The notes under the pieces were generated by a model. It ran no database searches and was not told the DNA's origin. It worked only from the letters and a program-made list of their open reading frames with translations. This document shows, piece after piece, positions 10,415 through 21,719 of a DNA stretch of 64,000 nucleotides (position 1 is the first letter of the stretch; each line of letters opens with the position of its first letter). The stretch is from Bdellovibrionales bacterium (GTDB lineage Bacteria > Bdellovibrionota > Bdellovibrionia > Bdellovibrionales > JAUICD01). Where the stretch lies: positions 1,760,001 to 1,824,000 of the forward strand of contig OZ241865.1 in NCBI GenBank assembly GCA_965203275.1, given 5' to 3'. Both the position numbers and the translations under genes were made by a program.

Positions 10415-12846
10415 ATAGTGGCTTCATAAAAACTTCTTTGCTTTTGAGGTGAATCATTTGAAGATTTCTTTTTAAAAGATTTATTCTTTAAAGATGAGCT
10501 TAAAGTATGCATGTTCAAAAGTTGTGTGGCCCTTTCAATAACAATATCTGGCAGTCCTGCCATTTTAGCAACATGAACACCATAAGACTTACTGGCAAAG
10601 CCATCTGCTAGTTGATACAAAAAAGTGATTTGCTTATGATCCTTATCCTCTAGAATTTTGATATGTTTATTGATAATCTGAGGGCGTAAAGTAGCCATTT
10701 GAGTCAGTTCATGGTAATGTGTTGCAAACAAAACAGTGGCTTGAATGCGAGAAACCAAATGTTCTAAAATAGCTTGAGCTAAACTCATACCATCGAATGT
10801 TGAAGTCCCTCGACCCACTTCATCTAAAATGACCAAAGTCTGGCTAGTTGACTCTTTTAACATTTCAGAGGTTTCTGTCATCTCTAACATAAAGGTTGAA
10901 AGTCCTTCCGATAACATATCACTTGCTCCAATCCGTGTTTGGATTTGATCAAAAATAGGTAGCCTAGCTTGACTTGCAGGGACAAAAGAACCTATTTGCA
11001 TTAAGATAGCATTTAAAGCAACCTGTCTCATCAGTGTACTCTTACCTGCCATATTTGGCCCTGTAATAAGGAAACATTCTGATCTTTTTAAAATAATATC
11101 ATTCGGGACAAATTCAAGTCGTCCACTCTGAAGAGCTGTTTGCTTTTCTACAACGGGATGACGGCAGGCCATCAAAACAATTTCATTCTGAGAAATTTCA
11201 GGACGTACATAATTGCACTCTAAAGCTAACCAAGCTAAAGATGAAAATACATCTATTAAAGCTATTTGATCTGATAGAAAAAGTAAATCACAAGATACAT
11301 TCAAAACTTCTATACGCAACTGATTGAAAATTTCTTTTTCAATTTGAAGTTTTTTCACTTTAGTAGATAACACTTTAGCTTCTAAATTTTTTAGATGTTC
11401 TGTCACAAATCTTTCAGCATTAACTAAGGTTTGTTTGCGTATATAATCTGGTGGAATTTTGTTTTTATGTGTATGGCTCACTTCAATATAATATCCAAAG
11501 ACATGATTATGTCTTATTTTTAAGGAAGGAATATCTAAACGCTTTTTTTCCTCTGCTTCTATTGCCAAAAGCTGTGTATTGATCCCGTTCATAAAATCTA
11601 TCAAACTATCTAGCTGACTAGACACTCCTTTTTGAATAAAATCTCCATCTTTAATATGCAAAGGAGCATCTCTTTTAATTGTACGTTGAATTTTTGTACT
11701 TATAGATCGGGCTGTTGCTATGAGAGTTTCAAATGATTTGATCTTATTTGAACCCTGTGTATTCAGGTAGTCAAACACATTTAATCCATAGAATAAAGCA
11801 TCTGATAACTGAAGCAAATCCCTAGGGTGACAACTTGATATAGAAACTTTACCTATTCTACGTTCTAGGTCACCTATGGATCCTAGCATTTTTCTTACAG
11901 CTTGTAAATGAGGAGAAGCTTGCCATTGCTGTATTTTGTCTTGTCTTGCCATGATTTGCTCTTTGGATGTCAGAGGAAAGGTCATCCAACTGCGAAGCTT
12001 TCTAGCCCCTAAAGGAGATTTTGTTTTATTAATGCAAGCAAACAGAGAACCTTTTTTCTCGCCCTTGTAGGTGGAAAATATCTCTAAGTGTTCTCTTGCT
12101 AAAGAAGAAAACTTCATTTTTTGTTCAAAAAGTCTTTTTTCAAAAGGGCGAATAGTCGATAGTGCTTTTTGACCACGCAGACTCACCACATAAGAAAGCA
12201 ACCGATCATTCGACTCAATCCCTGTATTTATGTCGTTGGAAATTGTATCATAAACAGTGTAGGTTCGGTTTTGGCTTTCTTTAGCACGAGGGTGTTGTTC
12301 GGATTTTTGTTGAGAAGTGAGAATAAACTCCACTGGTTTCAATAAAGATATTAAATATTCTCTCAAAGAAGGCTTTGAAGTCTCATAATAGAAGGCATCT
12401 CCTGTGGTGATATCTAAAAAGGACACAATCTGTTGGCAATAAGCTGTCAGAAAATGAGGGGCTTGTTGCTCTAAGGTATCAGGGTCATAGACAATACCAG
12501 GACTAAATACTTGAGTGATTCCTCTTTTGACAAGCCCTTTAGCAAATTGAGGGTCTTCAAGTTGATCACATAAGGCCACACGATGTCCTAAAGATAAAAG
12601 TGTATTGATAGGCTTTGCAATGCTATGATATGGCACTCCACACATAGGAATATAGTCATCGCTGTTTTTATTGCGAGCTGTGAGGGTGATACCTAAGAGA
12701 GGGGCAGCTTTGATAGCATCCTCATGGAACATCTCATAAAAATCTCCCATACGAAAAAACAAGATTTTATCTGGATGAACAGACTTGATGCTCCAATACT
12801 GCCTCATAAGAGGCGTCTGTTGTGAAGACTTTCGGGCTTGTGTCAT
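10411..12846 (-). CDS. mutS: DNA mismatch repair protein MutS
   Basis: TPLMRQY, FRMGDFYEMF, GPNMAGKST, STFMLEM, DEVGRGTST, FATHYHEL, SYGVHVA. Confidence 0.97.
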   Translation of the reverse strand: MTQARKSSQQTPLMRQYWSIKSVHPDKILFFRMGDFYEMFHEDAIKAAPLLGITLTARNKNSDDYIPMCGVPYHSIAKPINTLLSLGHRVALCDQLEDPQFAKGLVKRGITQVFSPGIVYDPDTLEQQAPHFLTAYCQQIVSFLDITTGDAFYYETSKPSLREYLISLLKPVEFILTSQQKSEQHPRAKESQNRTYTVYDTISNDINTGIESNDRLLSYVVSLRGQKALSTIRPFEKRLFEQKMKFSSLAREHLEIFSTYKGEKKGSLFACINKTKSPLGARKLRSWMTFPLTSKEQIMARQDKIQQWQASPHLQAVRKMLGSIGDLERRIGKVSISSCHPRDLLQLSDALFYGLNVFDYLNTQGSNKIKSFETLIATARSISTKIQRTIKRDAPLHIKDGDFIQKGVSSQLDSLIDFMNGINTQLLAIEAEEKKRLDIPSLKIRHNHVFGYYIEVSHTHKNKIPPDYIRKQTLVNAERFVTEHLKNLEAKVLSTKVKKLQIEKEIFNQLRIEVLNVSCDLLFLSDQIALIDVFSSLAWLALECNYVRPEISQNEIVLMACRHPVVEKQTALQSGRLEFVPNDIILKRSECFLITGPNMAGKSTLMRQVALNAILMQIGSFVPASQARLPIFDQIQTRIGASDMLSEGLSTFMLEMTETSEMLKESTSQTLVILDEVGRGTSTFDGMSLAQAILEHLVSRIQATVLFATHYHELTQMATLRPQIINKHIKILEDKDHKQITFLYQLADGFASKSYGVHVAKMAGLPDIVIERATQLLNMHTLSSSLKNKSFKKKSSNDSPQKQRSFYEATI

Positions 12847-13240
12847 TTTGTTTATTTTACTGCACTTTTTGTTGTTTATTATAAGGTTGTTCTTTAACCA
12901 TAAAACAACCGCATGCTATCAGTTACATGTCTTAAAATAAAGCCTTGACGCATTGTCCTATCTTTTAGATTTAGCTTTGACTTTGATGCTTTAAAAATTA
13001 AGTTTGTTATAACTATGGTCATAATATGACCTGTTTTATTCACAAATGTCATTAAAGATATATACATTCTAAGTAGGGTTCCCTGATCAGCAAAATATAA
13101 AAAACCAAATATTTTCCTCTATTGCCTTAAATATTGCCTTAAAAATTTGACTGTAATCAAACACATTTCAAATATGTAATGACCTTAACATATTGTTGTC
13201 ATAGTAGACAGGGATATACAAATCAAATAATAATAAGTTT

Positions 13241-14221
13241 ATGTTAGAAGTTTGTCACTTAAAAACAGGATTTCATACAGAAAATGGTTTTGTCACAGCT
13301 GTAGATGATGTCAGCTTTTCACTCAAACAAAGGCAAACCCTTGGAATAGTAGGTGAGTCAGGATGTGGAAAATCCGTGACAGCTCTTTCTATTATGCGAT
13401 TAATTGCCTCTCCTCCTGGTCAAATTATAGCAGGCAAAATTTTGTTCAAAGGTCAAAACCTTTTAGAATTGAAAGAAAAGCATCTTCGTAAATTTCGTGG
13501 CAATGCTATTTCTATGATCTTTCAAGAACCTATGACTTCACTGAATCCTGTCTTTACTATTGGTCATCAAATTGCTGAAGCTATTCATTTACATCAAAAG
13601 CATCTTTCGTTCAAACAAGTAAGAGAAAAAACAATTGAGATGCTCAAATTAGTAGGCATTGCCGAACCTGAAAAACGTAGCAAAGAATATCCACATCAAT
13701 TATCTGGGGGGATGAGACAAAGAGTTATGATTGCCATAGCTTTAAGCTGTGACCCAGAAGTTCTTATTGCTGATGAACCTACAACAGCTCTAGATGTGAC
13801 TATTCAATCTCAAATTTTAAAACTAATCAAAAATCTCCAAAAAAAGCTTGGAACAGCAATTATTCTCATCACACATGACTTAGGTATTGTGGCAGAAACT
13901 TGCGACTATGTAGCTGTAATGTATGCAGGTAAAATCATTGAATATGCTCCTGTGGAAGACGTTTTTCAACATCCTCAACACCATTACACAAGAGGACTGC
14001 TTTCTTCTATCCCATCACTTGAAACTCATCAAAAGACAGAAAGGCTCAACACTATCCCAGGCATTGTACCTCAATTAACTGACTTACCTAGTGGTTGTCG
14101 ATTTCAAGATCGATGTCCATCTCAACAACCAACTTGTTTAGAAAACCAACCTCCTCTTAAATCTCATCAAAAAGAACGCCATAAAGTTGCATGTTTTTTC
14201 CCTAGGAAGGACCCTTTATGA
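13241..14221 (+). CDS. oppD: Oligopeptide/dipeptide ABC transporter ATPase (OppD/DppD)
   Basis: [25 protein letters not shown]-terminal GCRFQDRC. Confidence 0.92.
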   Translation: MLEVCHLKTGFHTENGFVTAVDDVSFSLKQRQTLGIVGESGCGKSVTALSIMRLIASPPGQIIAGKILFKGQNLLELKEKHLRKFRGNAISMIFQEPMTSLNPVFTIGHQIAEAIHLHQKHLSFKQVREKTIEMLKLVGIAEPEKRSKEYPHQLSGGMRQRVMIAIALSCDPEVLIADEPTTALDVTIQSQILKLIKNLQKKLGTAIILITHDLGIVAETCDYVAVMYAGKIIEYAPVEDVFQHPQHHYTRGLLSSIPSLETHQKTERLNTIPGIVPQLTDLPSGCRFQDRCPSQQPTCLENQPPLKSHQKERHKVACFFPRKDPL

Positions 14222-15222
14222 AAGATATTCTTGTCAAAGTAAAAAATCTTTATAAGCACTTCCCAATCACAGCGGGCTTGTTTTCAAAACCCATCGGTAG
14301 TGTAAAAGCTGTATCAGATGTAAACCTTGAAATCTATAAAGGTGAAACTCTTGGCTTAGTTGGTGAGTCAGGGTGTGGAAAGTCTACCTTAGGGCGATGT
14401 ATTCTTAGACTTCTCGATTGTACACAAGGGGAAATTTATTACCAAGGAGAAGATATCACTCATCTTAAAAAACTCAAACCTCTTAGAAAGAAAATGCAAA
14501 TTATTTTTCAGGACCCTTATGCTAGTTTAAATCCTAAAATGAAAATTGGCCATATTATTGCAGAGCCTTTGGTGATCCATCGGCTTTATGATTCTCGTCA
14601 AGATCGCCATGATAGAGTTAAACAACTTTTAGAAACAGTAGGCCTAAGGTCAGATATGATGCACCGTTATCCGTATGAATTTTCAGGAGGACAAAGACAA
14701 AGGATCGGTATTGCAAGGGCTTTAGCCGTTGATCCTGAATTTATTATTTGTGATGAGCCTGTGTCTGCATTAGATGTGTCTATTCAAGCTCAAGTGATTA
14801 ATTTGTTGATGGATATTCAGCAAAAATTAGGTTTGACATATTTGTTTATTGCCCATGACCTTAAAGTTGTAAAGCATATTTCTCATAGGGTTGCTGTCAT
14901 GTACCTAGGAAGAATTGTAGAAATGGCAAGTAGTTTTGAGTTATATAAAAATCCTCAACACCCTTATACAAAGGCTTTGATGACGTCCATTCCTATACCT
15001 AATCCTCAAATAAAACGTAAAAGTATCGTTTTAAAAGGTGACGTGCCAAGTCCTATTCATCCTCCTCAAGGTTGCTCCTTTCACCCTCGATGCCCAATAG
15101 CTACTCAAGCATGTCAAAAACAAATCCCTCCACTGATCGTGACAAATAATCAACAAGATGCAAAGCACCAAGATGCTAGGCATCAAGATGCAAAGCATCA
15201 AACTGCCTGTATTCATCTTTAA
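14218..15222 (+). CDS. oppF: Oligopeptide/dipeptide ABC transporter ATPase (OppF/DppF)
   Basis: [37 protein letters not shown] overlap with upstream ATPase. Confidence 0.92.
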   Translation: MKDILVKVKNLYKHFPITAGLFSKPIGSVKAVSDVNLEIYKGETLGLVGESGCGKSTLGRCILRLLDCTQGEIYYQGEDITHLKKLKPLRKKMQIIFQDPYASLNPKMKIGHIIAEPLVIHRLYDSRQDRHDRVKQLLETVGLRSDMMHRYPYEFSGGQRQRIGIARALAVDPEFIICDEPVSALDVSIQAQVINLLMDIQQKLGLTYLFIAHDLKVVKHISHRVAVMYLGRIVEMASSFELYKNPQHPYTKALMTSIPIPNPQIKRKSIVLKGDVPSPIHPPQGCSFHPRCPIATQACQKQIPPLIVTNNQQDAKHQDARHQDAKHQTACIHL

Positions 15223-15415
15223 GTAAATTTTACACACTTTCTATAACCTATAGGTATTTATTACAGGCTCCTCTGTCACCTTATATGGTATTTTCATGGA
15301 TTCTCTTTGGCATAATTCTTGAAGTTATTATATTTGATAATTTCTTTCATTTGTTTCCATAGAAGCAAAAAGATGACTTCACCTTTAAAAAATCAAACAA
15401 AACAAAAGAGGCGAT

Positions 15416-18400
15416 TTGAAAATGCAAAAAAAAATACTTTTAATTTTGATGATTTCTTTTATATGCTTGGCCACAATGGGACTTACCTTAATCTGGCCCA
15501 TCACAAAAGGGTGGAGTCAGCAACATTCTCGAGTTTCCCCAGAAGAATTATTGCCATTCCGTGATCTTCCATCGACATCTTCTCTACCGATAATTAATCT
15601 TGAACAACAAAAAGATGGTTCTGATGCTAGTAAAACACGTTCCCCATTTGGAGATAGTTTTAATCATGTTAGAGATAGTGTGAAGCATGGTTTCCAACAC
15701 ACCATATCTCATTTTCCTTCTGTTTATTTACAATTTCATATAGCTTTAGGAGCTATGGCTGTATGGGATTGTTCTATTCGAATGAAAGACAATCCTATGG
15801 CCTGTGAGGAATTTGAACACTCTTTAACAGACCCTTTGTCTTTTTTGTCTTTCTTTTTGTTTATGGTATCTCATCATAGTACGGCACATTTTTTACAACA
15901 GATGGATTTCTTTCAAGTAGCTAATGGAGTGGTTCACCCTACACGTCAGGGACGCTTGCGTCAGCTTTTTAAGCAGTCCGTTCCAGGGTATGCTGGGCTA
16001 GCAGCAGGGATGATTGTTTCTCATATTGCTATAGACTTTTTAACAGATCCCAATATTCAATATTTAGCTAGACATTTATTTTCTTTGAAAAGAAACAATT
16101 ATGAGAAAGATCTATTTGAAAATGCATGGAATGCTACTGGACAAAGATGGTTTCAAGAAGATGGTTTTTTAAGATGGAAGGGATATGCACCTGATGTCAT
16201 CTCTGTTTTACTTGCAGTGACTGCATCTTCTGCAACAACTGGTTTTATGCGAGGGGGTTTATCTTCTGTTATGCAATTATTACAGAAAAAAGGTGTTGTA
16301 GATATAGGGCGAGTAGGGCCTAGCAGTGCTACAATAATGGGATGGAATGGTGGAGGATTTGGCGTTATAACTAATCCTAAACACTATATGTTTGGTATTG
16401 GAGCGAAAAAGTATAGCCTTAGTTTTGTAGGTAATATATCTCGTATGAATTGGATAACGGGTATTGCACACATGATTCTTTTTTTTTCTTGGAATGATTA
16501 TATACAACCTCATGTAAAAAGAGCTTGGGATTCAGGAAGAATCATTCATCAAATAAGATATCAAGAGTCAGCTATTCTCCATCATTTAACGTCTGGATAC
16601 CAAACTGCTCCAGTTGAAATACCTCCTACTGAAAATCTTGCAAATAATAAACCATTTTTTGCAAGCCTCTTAGACACATTTTCTGATCTGTTTAATTTCA
16701 ATAGAACAAAAGACCGCTTAGAAGCAATAAGAGAAAACAATAATCATTTTCAAAATGGTCAAGATATTTTATTTGATTTTTTAAACCCACAACAAACAGA
16801 GGGATTAAATACTTCAATAAGCCATGCATCTGTTTTAACAAATGTTGCTTCTTATCAAAATAATATAAATTCTTTTCCTGTTTTAACGACTTTGACAGAT
16901 GATCCTTTTAGAGAAGGTCAGGAACAGAAAAGAAGAGGTGACTTTCTTTTAGAACATATAACAAATTTAAACGTAGCAGCCAATGATTATAGAAATTTCT
17001 TAAATAAATTTAACATGACACAAGCAAGCTGGACAGCTTTTTTACAGCCCGCAGAAGCTTATTATAGGAGTACATATCGTTTTTATAAGCATATTATAGA
17101 GTTTGCAGAGCAACTTTCTTTTCAAGAAGAAGAATATTATTTGCATCGTCCTTTTAGTGGAAGTCAAAGTAAAGGCATGTTAGATGCTCTTTATTTTAAT
17201 TCAAGACCACTGAATATTTCTAAGGATATATCTTTCGAAAGATTATATTTAGAATCTCAACTTTTACAATATGGTTTATCACCTTCATTCATACATGTAC
17301 TTTCTGATCAAACTGATGAAGTTCTTCAGTGGATTTTACGTAGATTTGTGGCTTATGGTACTGATGAAGAAGACAGGCTTTTAGCAACATATTTAAATGA
17401 GGGTTTTGATATAAGCAAAATTTATGCATTTGAAAAATTTGATTTTCAAGTAAGGCTTGAAGCTCTATCCAGAGGGATTGCTCAGAAATTTTTAGAAAAC
17501 TCTAATTACTTTACAAGCACAGATCAAATTTATGACTTTATTCAAGAGGTAGACGAAAGCCCTAATAGAGATATTTTGATTTTAGCTACTGAATATTTTT
17601 CACGAAGTTATATTTTGAATAACAAACATAATCCAGAAAAGCTCATGGCTGAAATCAATGATAGAATACAAGAAGCAGATGAAGGCATAGCACAAGAAGA
17701 AAGCAAAGACATAACTAAGGAACTCCCTAATATTGTAGAAAATGGCTCTATCTATTTTGATAAAGGGTATTACCCTGGTGCAAATTCAAATTTTCCTAGT
17801 CCTAGTAGCAATTTAAGAAGTGAGAAGCGAGAACATGGGATTGATTATTTTTCAACTGTAGAAAAGCTACTGATTGATCTGGTGTGTGGACCTTCTATTT
17901 TTGATGTTCAACTTTTTGAAAGAAATAACCTTTTAGTTGGTGAAGGGGCTTTAAACTTCAATGCTCCTCGTTTGTGGGCTGAAAGACCGTCTTTTTGTAG
18001 TGGACTTAATCAAATCCAAAACATACATCACCCATTTACTGTTTGGGAAAATGGTCAAAGAGTTCATTACCACCATTTACTTGATTATGTCTCTCGCAAT
18101 ATAAACTCTCAGGCCTCTTTTGTTCAAAATGTAGAAGTTTTTGATAGATTTTGGAAAAGGCATATTACATCAGTCCAACAAGTGGTCTTTGATGACTATA
18201 AAAACACTCAATGGAAGATCTATTCAGAAGAACTAAGGCAAATTTATAATAGGACAGATTATAAAGATCATTTTGATTTTTCATCTCCTGCAAATGTGTT
18301 TCGAGTTCATCATCGAATAGATCATAAACCTTATGCTCAAGGTATTCATCAATTTGAAAAAGACTTTACTCGTTACCATCTTCAACTGCTGATCAGTGTA

Positions 18401-18796
18401 TTGCCGACTCAACAGGATAAAGCTTTTCTTGATAAAGAAATTTATCCATTGCTACAAAGGTTGCGTACTTTAAGTTTATATCCAGGACGTCCATTCGACG
18501 AGAGAGATCCTTATTGGGCAGAGGTAGCTTCTAATGTTGCTTCTCAGGCAGACAATCCTCTTGCTAATTTTATTATGGAAGAAAACAGATATATGCAAAA
18601 TATTTTATTTATGCAATCTGTTATTCAAAACATCCAACAAAAGATCAATATGTATTTGCAACAAAGACAAACTTCAGAAGATATTCACAACCTATATGTA
18701 CGGGAAGTGACAACAAAAGTTTTAGAGAATATAAATCAATCTATAATTTATGCCAATACAATGGAGGTTTACAATAGTAGGGAACCTCGCTTATAA
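15416..18796 (+). CDS. Large hypothetical exported/membrane protein
   Basis: 1126-aa ORF with N-terminal hydrophobic segment and several Gly/Ala-rich hydrophobic stretches; no family recognised. Confidence 0.7.
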   Translation: MKMQKKILLILMISFICLATMGLTLIWPITKGWSQQHSRVSPEELLPFRDLPSTSSLPIINLEQQKDGSDASKTRSPFGDSFNHVRDSVKHGFQHTISHFPSVYLQFHIALGAMAVWDCSIRMKDNPMACEEFEHSLTDPLSFLSFFLFMVSHHSTAHFLQQMDFFQVANGVVHPTRQGRLRQLFKQSVPGYAGLAAGMIVSHIAIDFLTDPNIQYLARHLFSLKRNNYEKDLFENAWNATGQRWFQEDGFLRWKGYAPDVISVLLAVTASSATTGFMRGGLSSVMQLLQKKGVVDIGRVGPSSATIMGWNGGGFGVITNPKHYMFGIGAKKYSLSFVGNISRMNWITGIAHMILFFSWNDYIQPHVKRAWDSGRIIHQIRYQESAILHHLTSGYQTAPVEIPPTENLANNKPFFASLLDTFSDLFNFNRTKDRLEAIRENNNHFQNGQDILFDFLNPQQTEGLNTSISHASVLTNVASYQNNINSFPVLTTLTDDPFREGQEQKRRGDFLLEHITNLNVAANDYRNFLNKFNMTQASWTAFLQPAEAYYRSTYRFYKHIIEFAEQLSFQEEEYYLHRPFSGSQSKGMLDALYFNSRPLNISKDISFERLYLESQLLQYGLSPSFIHVLSDQTDEVLQWILRRFVAYGTDEEDRLLATYLNEGFDISKIYAFEKFDFQVRLEALSRGIAQKFLENSNYFTSTDQIYDFIQEVDESPNRDILILATEYFSRSYILNNKHNPEKLMAEINDRIQEADEGIAQEESKDITKELPNIVENGSIYFDKGYYPGANSNFPSPSSNLRSEKREHGIDYFSTVEKLLIDLVCGPSIFDVQLFERNNLLVGEGALNFNAPRLWAERPSFCSGLNQIQNIHHPFTVWENGQRVHYHHLLDYVSRNINSQASFVQNVEVFDRFWKRHITSVQQVVFDDYKNTQWKIYSEELRQIYNRTDYKDHFDFSSPANVFRVHHRIDHKPYAQGIHQFEKDFTRYHLQLLISVLPTQQDKAFLDKEIYPLLQRLRTLSLYPGRPFDERDPYWAEVASNVASQADNPLANFIMEENRYMQNILFMQSVIQNIQQKINMYLQQRQTSEDIHNLYVREVTTKVLENINQSIIYANTMEVYNSREPRL

Positions 18797-18897
18797 GGCT
18801 GTTAGAGGAAACCTTTAAAGTCCTTTGAGAGATGAGAGATGAGGTTTTTTATTCTTTCTTCATAACTTTGTCTTTTGAATCTTTAGCATTTATTTAT

Positions 18898-18922
18898 GGC
18901 AATCCGCTCAGGGCGGATTGCC
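18898..18922. terminator. Hairpin/likely terminator between convergent genes
   Basis: Perfect 10-bp stem ggcaatccgc-tcagg-gcggattgcc just after the ahpC stop. Confidence 0.65.
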
Positions 18923-18928
18923 TAAACC

Positions 18929-19543
18929 TTACTTGACTTGTTTAAAAAACTCTTTAGAACCTTCAGGATCAGGTTTAATCCTGTGTGGATTTTTATCCTT
19001 ACTCCAGTTAGCAGGGCATACCTCACCTGTTTTCTCGTATGTTTGAAAAGCTTCTAAAACTCTTAAAGTTTCTGAAACACTTCTCCCTACAGCTAGGTCA
19101 TGGACCACTTGATAAGTGACTATACCTTTAGGATTAATTAAGAACAACCCTCTTAAAGCTATGCCCTCATCAGTCAATACCCCATAGTCTCTGGATAGGT
19201 GTTTGTTTATATCTGCTAGAAGTGGAAATTGAATAGCTCCTAAACCACCTTCATTGCGAGGTGTATTCAACCACTTTAAATGTGAAAATTGGCTATCAAC
19301 AGAAGCACCTAAGACCTCGCAGTTAAGAGCTTTAAACTGATCTATATGCTCTGAAAATGCGATGATCTCTGTAGGACAAACAAAAGTAAAGTCTAAAGGG
19401 TAAAAGAATAAACAAACCCATTTTTGCTTATAATCTGCTAAAGATATTTTCTTGAATTGAGAGTTCACAACAGCATCTACTTTAAAAGCAGGGGCAGGAT
19501 GTTGAACTAAAGATGTCTTATTATTATGATTTACATTTTCCAT
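18929..19543 (-). CDS. ahpC: 2-Cys peroxiredoxin
   Basis: [14 protein letters not shown] and GEVCPANW. Confidence 0.95.
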   Translation of the reverse strand: MENVNHNNKTSLVQHPAPAFKVDAVVNSQFKKISLADYKQKWVCLFFYPLDFTFVCPTEIIAFSEHIDQFKALNCEVLGASVDSQFSHLKWLNTPRNEGGLGAIQFPLLADINKHLSRDYGVLTDEGIALRGLFLINPKGIVTYQVVHDLAVGRSVSETLRVLEAFQTYEKTGEVCPANWSKDKNPHRIKPDPEGSKEFFKQVK

Positions 19544-19737
19544 TGATTATTCCTCCTTTTAGTTAAGTGAAATTGTTTAAGTTAATTAATGATTCAAATG
19601 ATGTACACTGTAATATAAAAATCAAACTCCGACAAGCTTTTTCTTTCATTCAAAAGTAAATTCAAATAAAAAAAGTCAAAAATTCCCATTCAAAAATTTA
19701 AGTAGGATATTTTTGCTTTGAAATGCACAGGAAGACA

Positions 19738-20175
19738 TTATTTGACAGGATGAGATTCTAAAAAGAGAGCCTTACTTAAAACTGAAAAAAAGTTTTGATA
19801 ATGTTGTGGATCAGTCACGGCCCGTCTTCGATACTCGGCATTCATACGTACAAGCACTCTCTTACCTCTTACTCTTGAAGTTACTGTCACCGTCAAACGT
19901 GTGCCAGAAAACAGCTTAGTTGCTGTGACAGTTCCAATAGATTTGTCTGCTTTATCAATCACAAAATCTAAGTCCTGTAAAGAAGCCAAAATAGCTCTGA
20001 TCACCTTATCTATATCCTGTGTGTCATAAGCTCTGGACTGTATGCTCCTTAACTGCACTTGGCTTTCATCAGCAGAAAGTAATTGGTTTTGAGAAGTGGC
20101 TGCACAACCAAGCAGAGTTCCATACAACGTAAATAGTAAAGCCATGGTATTTATTTTTTGGTTTAATGTTTTCAT
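19738..20175 (-). CDS. Lipoprotein, unknown function
   Basis: Lipobox LLGC; paralogous to neighbour (QSRAY...LQDLDFVID...YQNFF...LSKALFLE). Confidence 0.8.
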   Translation of the reverse strand: MKTLNQKINTMALLFTLYGTLLGCAATSQNQLLSADESQVQLRSIQSRAYDTQDIDKVIRAILASLQDLDFVIDKADKSIGTVTATKLFSGTRLTVTVTSRVRGKRVLVRMNAEYRRRAVTDPQHYQNFFSVLSKALFLESHPVK

Positions 20176-20732
20176 AAGTCCGCCTTATCTAAAAATAATG
20201 ATTTTGATAGTCTAGCAAAAAAATCTTTAAAAAACTCAGGGTCGTTCAGACTTTCTGCTCGACTCACCTTATTTAAGTTATTCCATACAATTCTCTGAAA
20301 ATTAGCCCTGACGAGATAATCTCCTGAAGAATTTCTCTTTCTTTGATTAGATACAGGATAAGCAATCACAGATATACGAAACCTTTGATGCTTATCAATG
20401 ACAATTTGATTGTTATTAGAAAAAAGACCTTGAAATATAGCACTAGCCACTTGTTTGCTATCAACTGCTGTGCGTGATTTAGAAGCCACAAACACACCTA
20501 AGTCACTATCTGTTTCATCTAAATTAAACCCTAAGTCTTGCACAACACCTACAATAGCAGACATTAATTGTTGCTTTTTAACACTACGAATACGTTGCGT
20601 TTGCATAGCTCTCTTTTTAAGAGCCTCTGCATCAGGTACAAAGGCATTTGGATGTAGATGAGCTACACAACCTGTCAACATCGTTGCTGTGGATACTGCT
20701 ATGGATACTATGAATAAATATTTTAATCTCAT
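20172..20732 (-). CDS. Lipoprotein, unknown function
   Basis: Lipobox LTGC; QTQRI...VQDLGFNLD...FKDFF...LSKSLFLD. Confidence 0.8.
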   Translation of the reverse strand: MRLKYLFIVSIAVSTATMLTGCVAHLHPNAFVPDAEALKKRAMQTQRIRSVKKQQLMSAIVGVVQDLGFNLDETDSDLGVFVASKSRTAVDSKQVASAIFQGLFSNNNQIVIDKHQRFRISVIAYPVSNQRKRNSSGDYLVRANFQRIVWNNLNKVSRAESLNDPEFFKDFFARLSKSLFLDKADL

Positions 20733-20869
20733 GGTTTATTTTCTTTATTTAACATTTAACATGATTAACATGATTAAAGTGATTTTCTTATATATTTTCA
20801 ATTTAAAAAGCAAGCCTGTCAAATCATTAATTGAGTAAAATATTGTTTTGTTTTTGGAAGTATAGTGTT

Positions 20870-20976
20870 GATCCGGGATCCCGGGAGCTGGGATCTGGGA
20901 TCCGGGAGCTGGGATCCGGGATCTGGGATCCGGGATCCGGGATCTGGGATCCGGGATCCGGGATCTGGGAGCTGGC
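20870..20976. repeat. GC-rich heptamer tandem array (GGGATCC/GGGATCT/GGGAGCT)
   Basis: About 15 consecutive 7-mers read directly. Confidence 0.92.
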
Positions 20977-21008
20977 AATGCAGAATTTTTTCCTTTATGA
21001 AGTGGGTT

Positions 21009-21284
21009 TTATTTTTCTTGTTGGTTTTTAGCTAACATCTCAAATAATCGATCAAGCCTTTGATTGGTTTGATCAATCTTTTGTCCAAGTCTTTGATTGG
21101 TTTGATCAATCTTTTCTTCAAGTCTTCTTATTTGAGTAGGAATATGGTTATTTACTTGATTTTCAATATGGTTTAGCCGGTTATGGATAGGGCTAACTAA
21201 AAATTGAAGTATAACGATCAAGCTAGCAAGACCACATAAAACACCTATTATTAAACCTGCATTCTTTTGAAAAAAGTCTTTCAT
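21009..21284 (-). CDS. Small TM/coiled-coil protein, copy 1
   Basis: RBS gaggt; TM helix; 2 copies of 11-aa repeat xKIDQTNQRLx. Confidence 0.8.
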   Translation of the reverse strand: MKDFFQKNAGLIIGVLCGLASLIVILQFLVSPIHNRLNHIENQVNNHIPTQIRRLEEKIDQTNQRLGQKIDQTNQRLDRLFEMLAKNQQEK

Positions 21285-21318
21285 AATTTACCTCTTTTCT
21301 TTTACTATACCATTAAAA

Positions 21319-21399
21319 CCTGAGTTTGACAGCCTGCAAAAACAAAGCTTAGTAAATTCAGCAGGTTATAAGCGTAATAAGATTTTGTATATGCCACTA
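21319..21399. mobile_element. Solo right end of IS1634-like element
   Basis: cctgagtttgacagcctgcaaaaa...tgccacta matches the reverse complement of MITE end 30280-30356. Confidence 0.7.
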
Positions 21400-21410
21400 T
21401 GAAGTGGGTT

Positions 21411-21719
21411 TTATTTTTCTTGTTGGTTTTTAGCTAACATCTCAAATAATCGATCAAGTCTTTGATTGGTCTGATCAATCTTTTGTTCAAGTCTCTGGTT
21501 GGTCTGATCAATCTTTTCTCCAAGTCTTTGATTGGTCTGATCAATCTTTTGTCCAAGTTCTCTTATTTGAGTAGGGATATGGTTATTTACTTGATTTTCA
21601 ATATGGTTTAGCCGGTTATAGATAGGGCTAACTAAAAATTGAAGTATAACGATCAAGCTAGCAAGACCACCTAAAACACCTATTATTAAACCTATATTCT
21701 TTTGAAAAAAATCTTTCAT
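21411..21719 (-). CDS. Small TM/coiled-coil protein, copy 2 (tandem duplicate)
   Basis: Near-identical to 21009..21284, with 3 copies of the 11-aa repeat. Confidence 0.8.
   Translation of the reverse strand: MKDFFQKNIGLIIGVLGGLASLIVILQFLVSPIYNRLNHIENQVNNHIPTQIRELGQKIDQTNQRLGEKIDQTNQRLEQKIDQTNQRLDRLFEMLAKNQQEK

Noticed and set aside
15151..15200. 15-bp repeat (HQDAK-like, 3 copies) at the oppF C-terminus
   Set aside because: Real but a small in-frame slippage in a variable loop; no evidence of function
20745..21031. ORFs 20745..20978 (-) and 20831..21031 (+)
   Set aside because: Translations of the heptamer array (RIPDPRS / GSGIWDP repeats)
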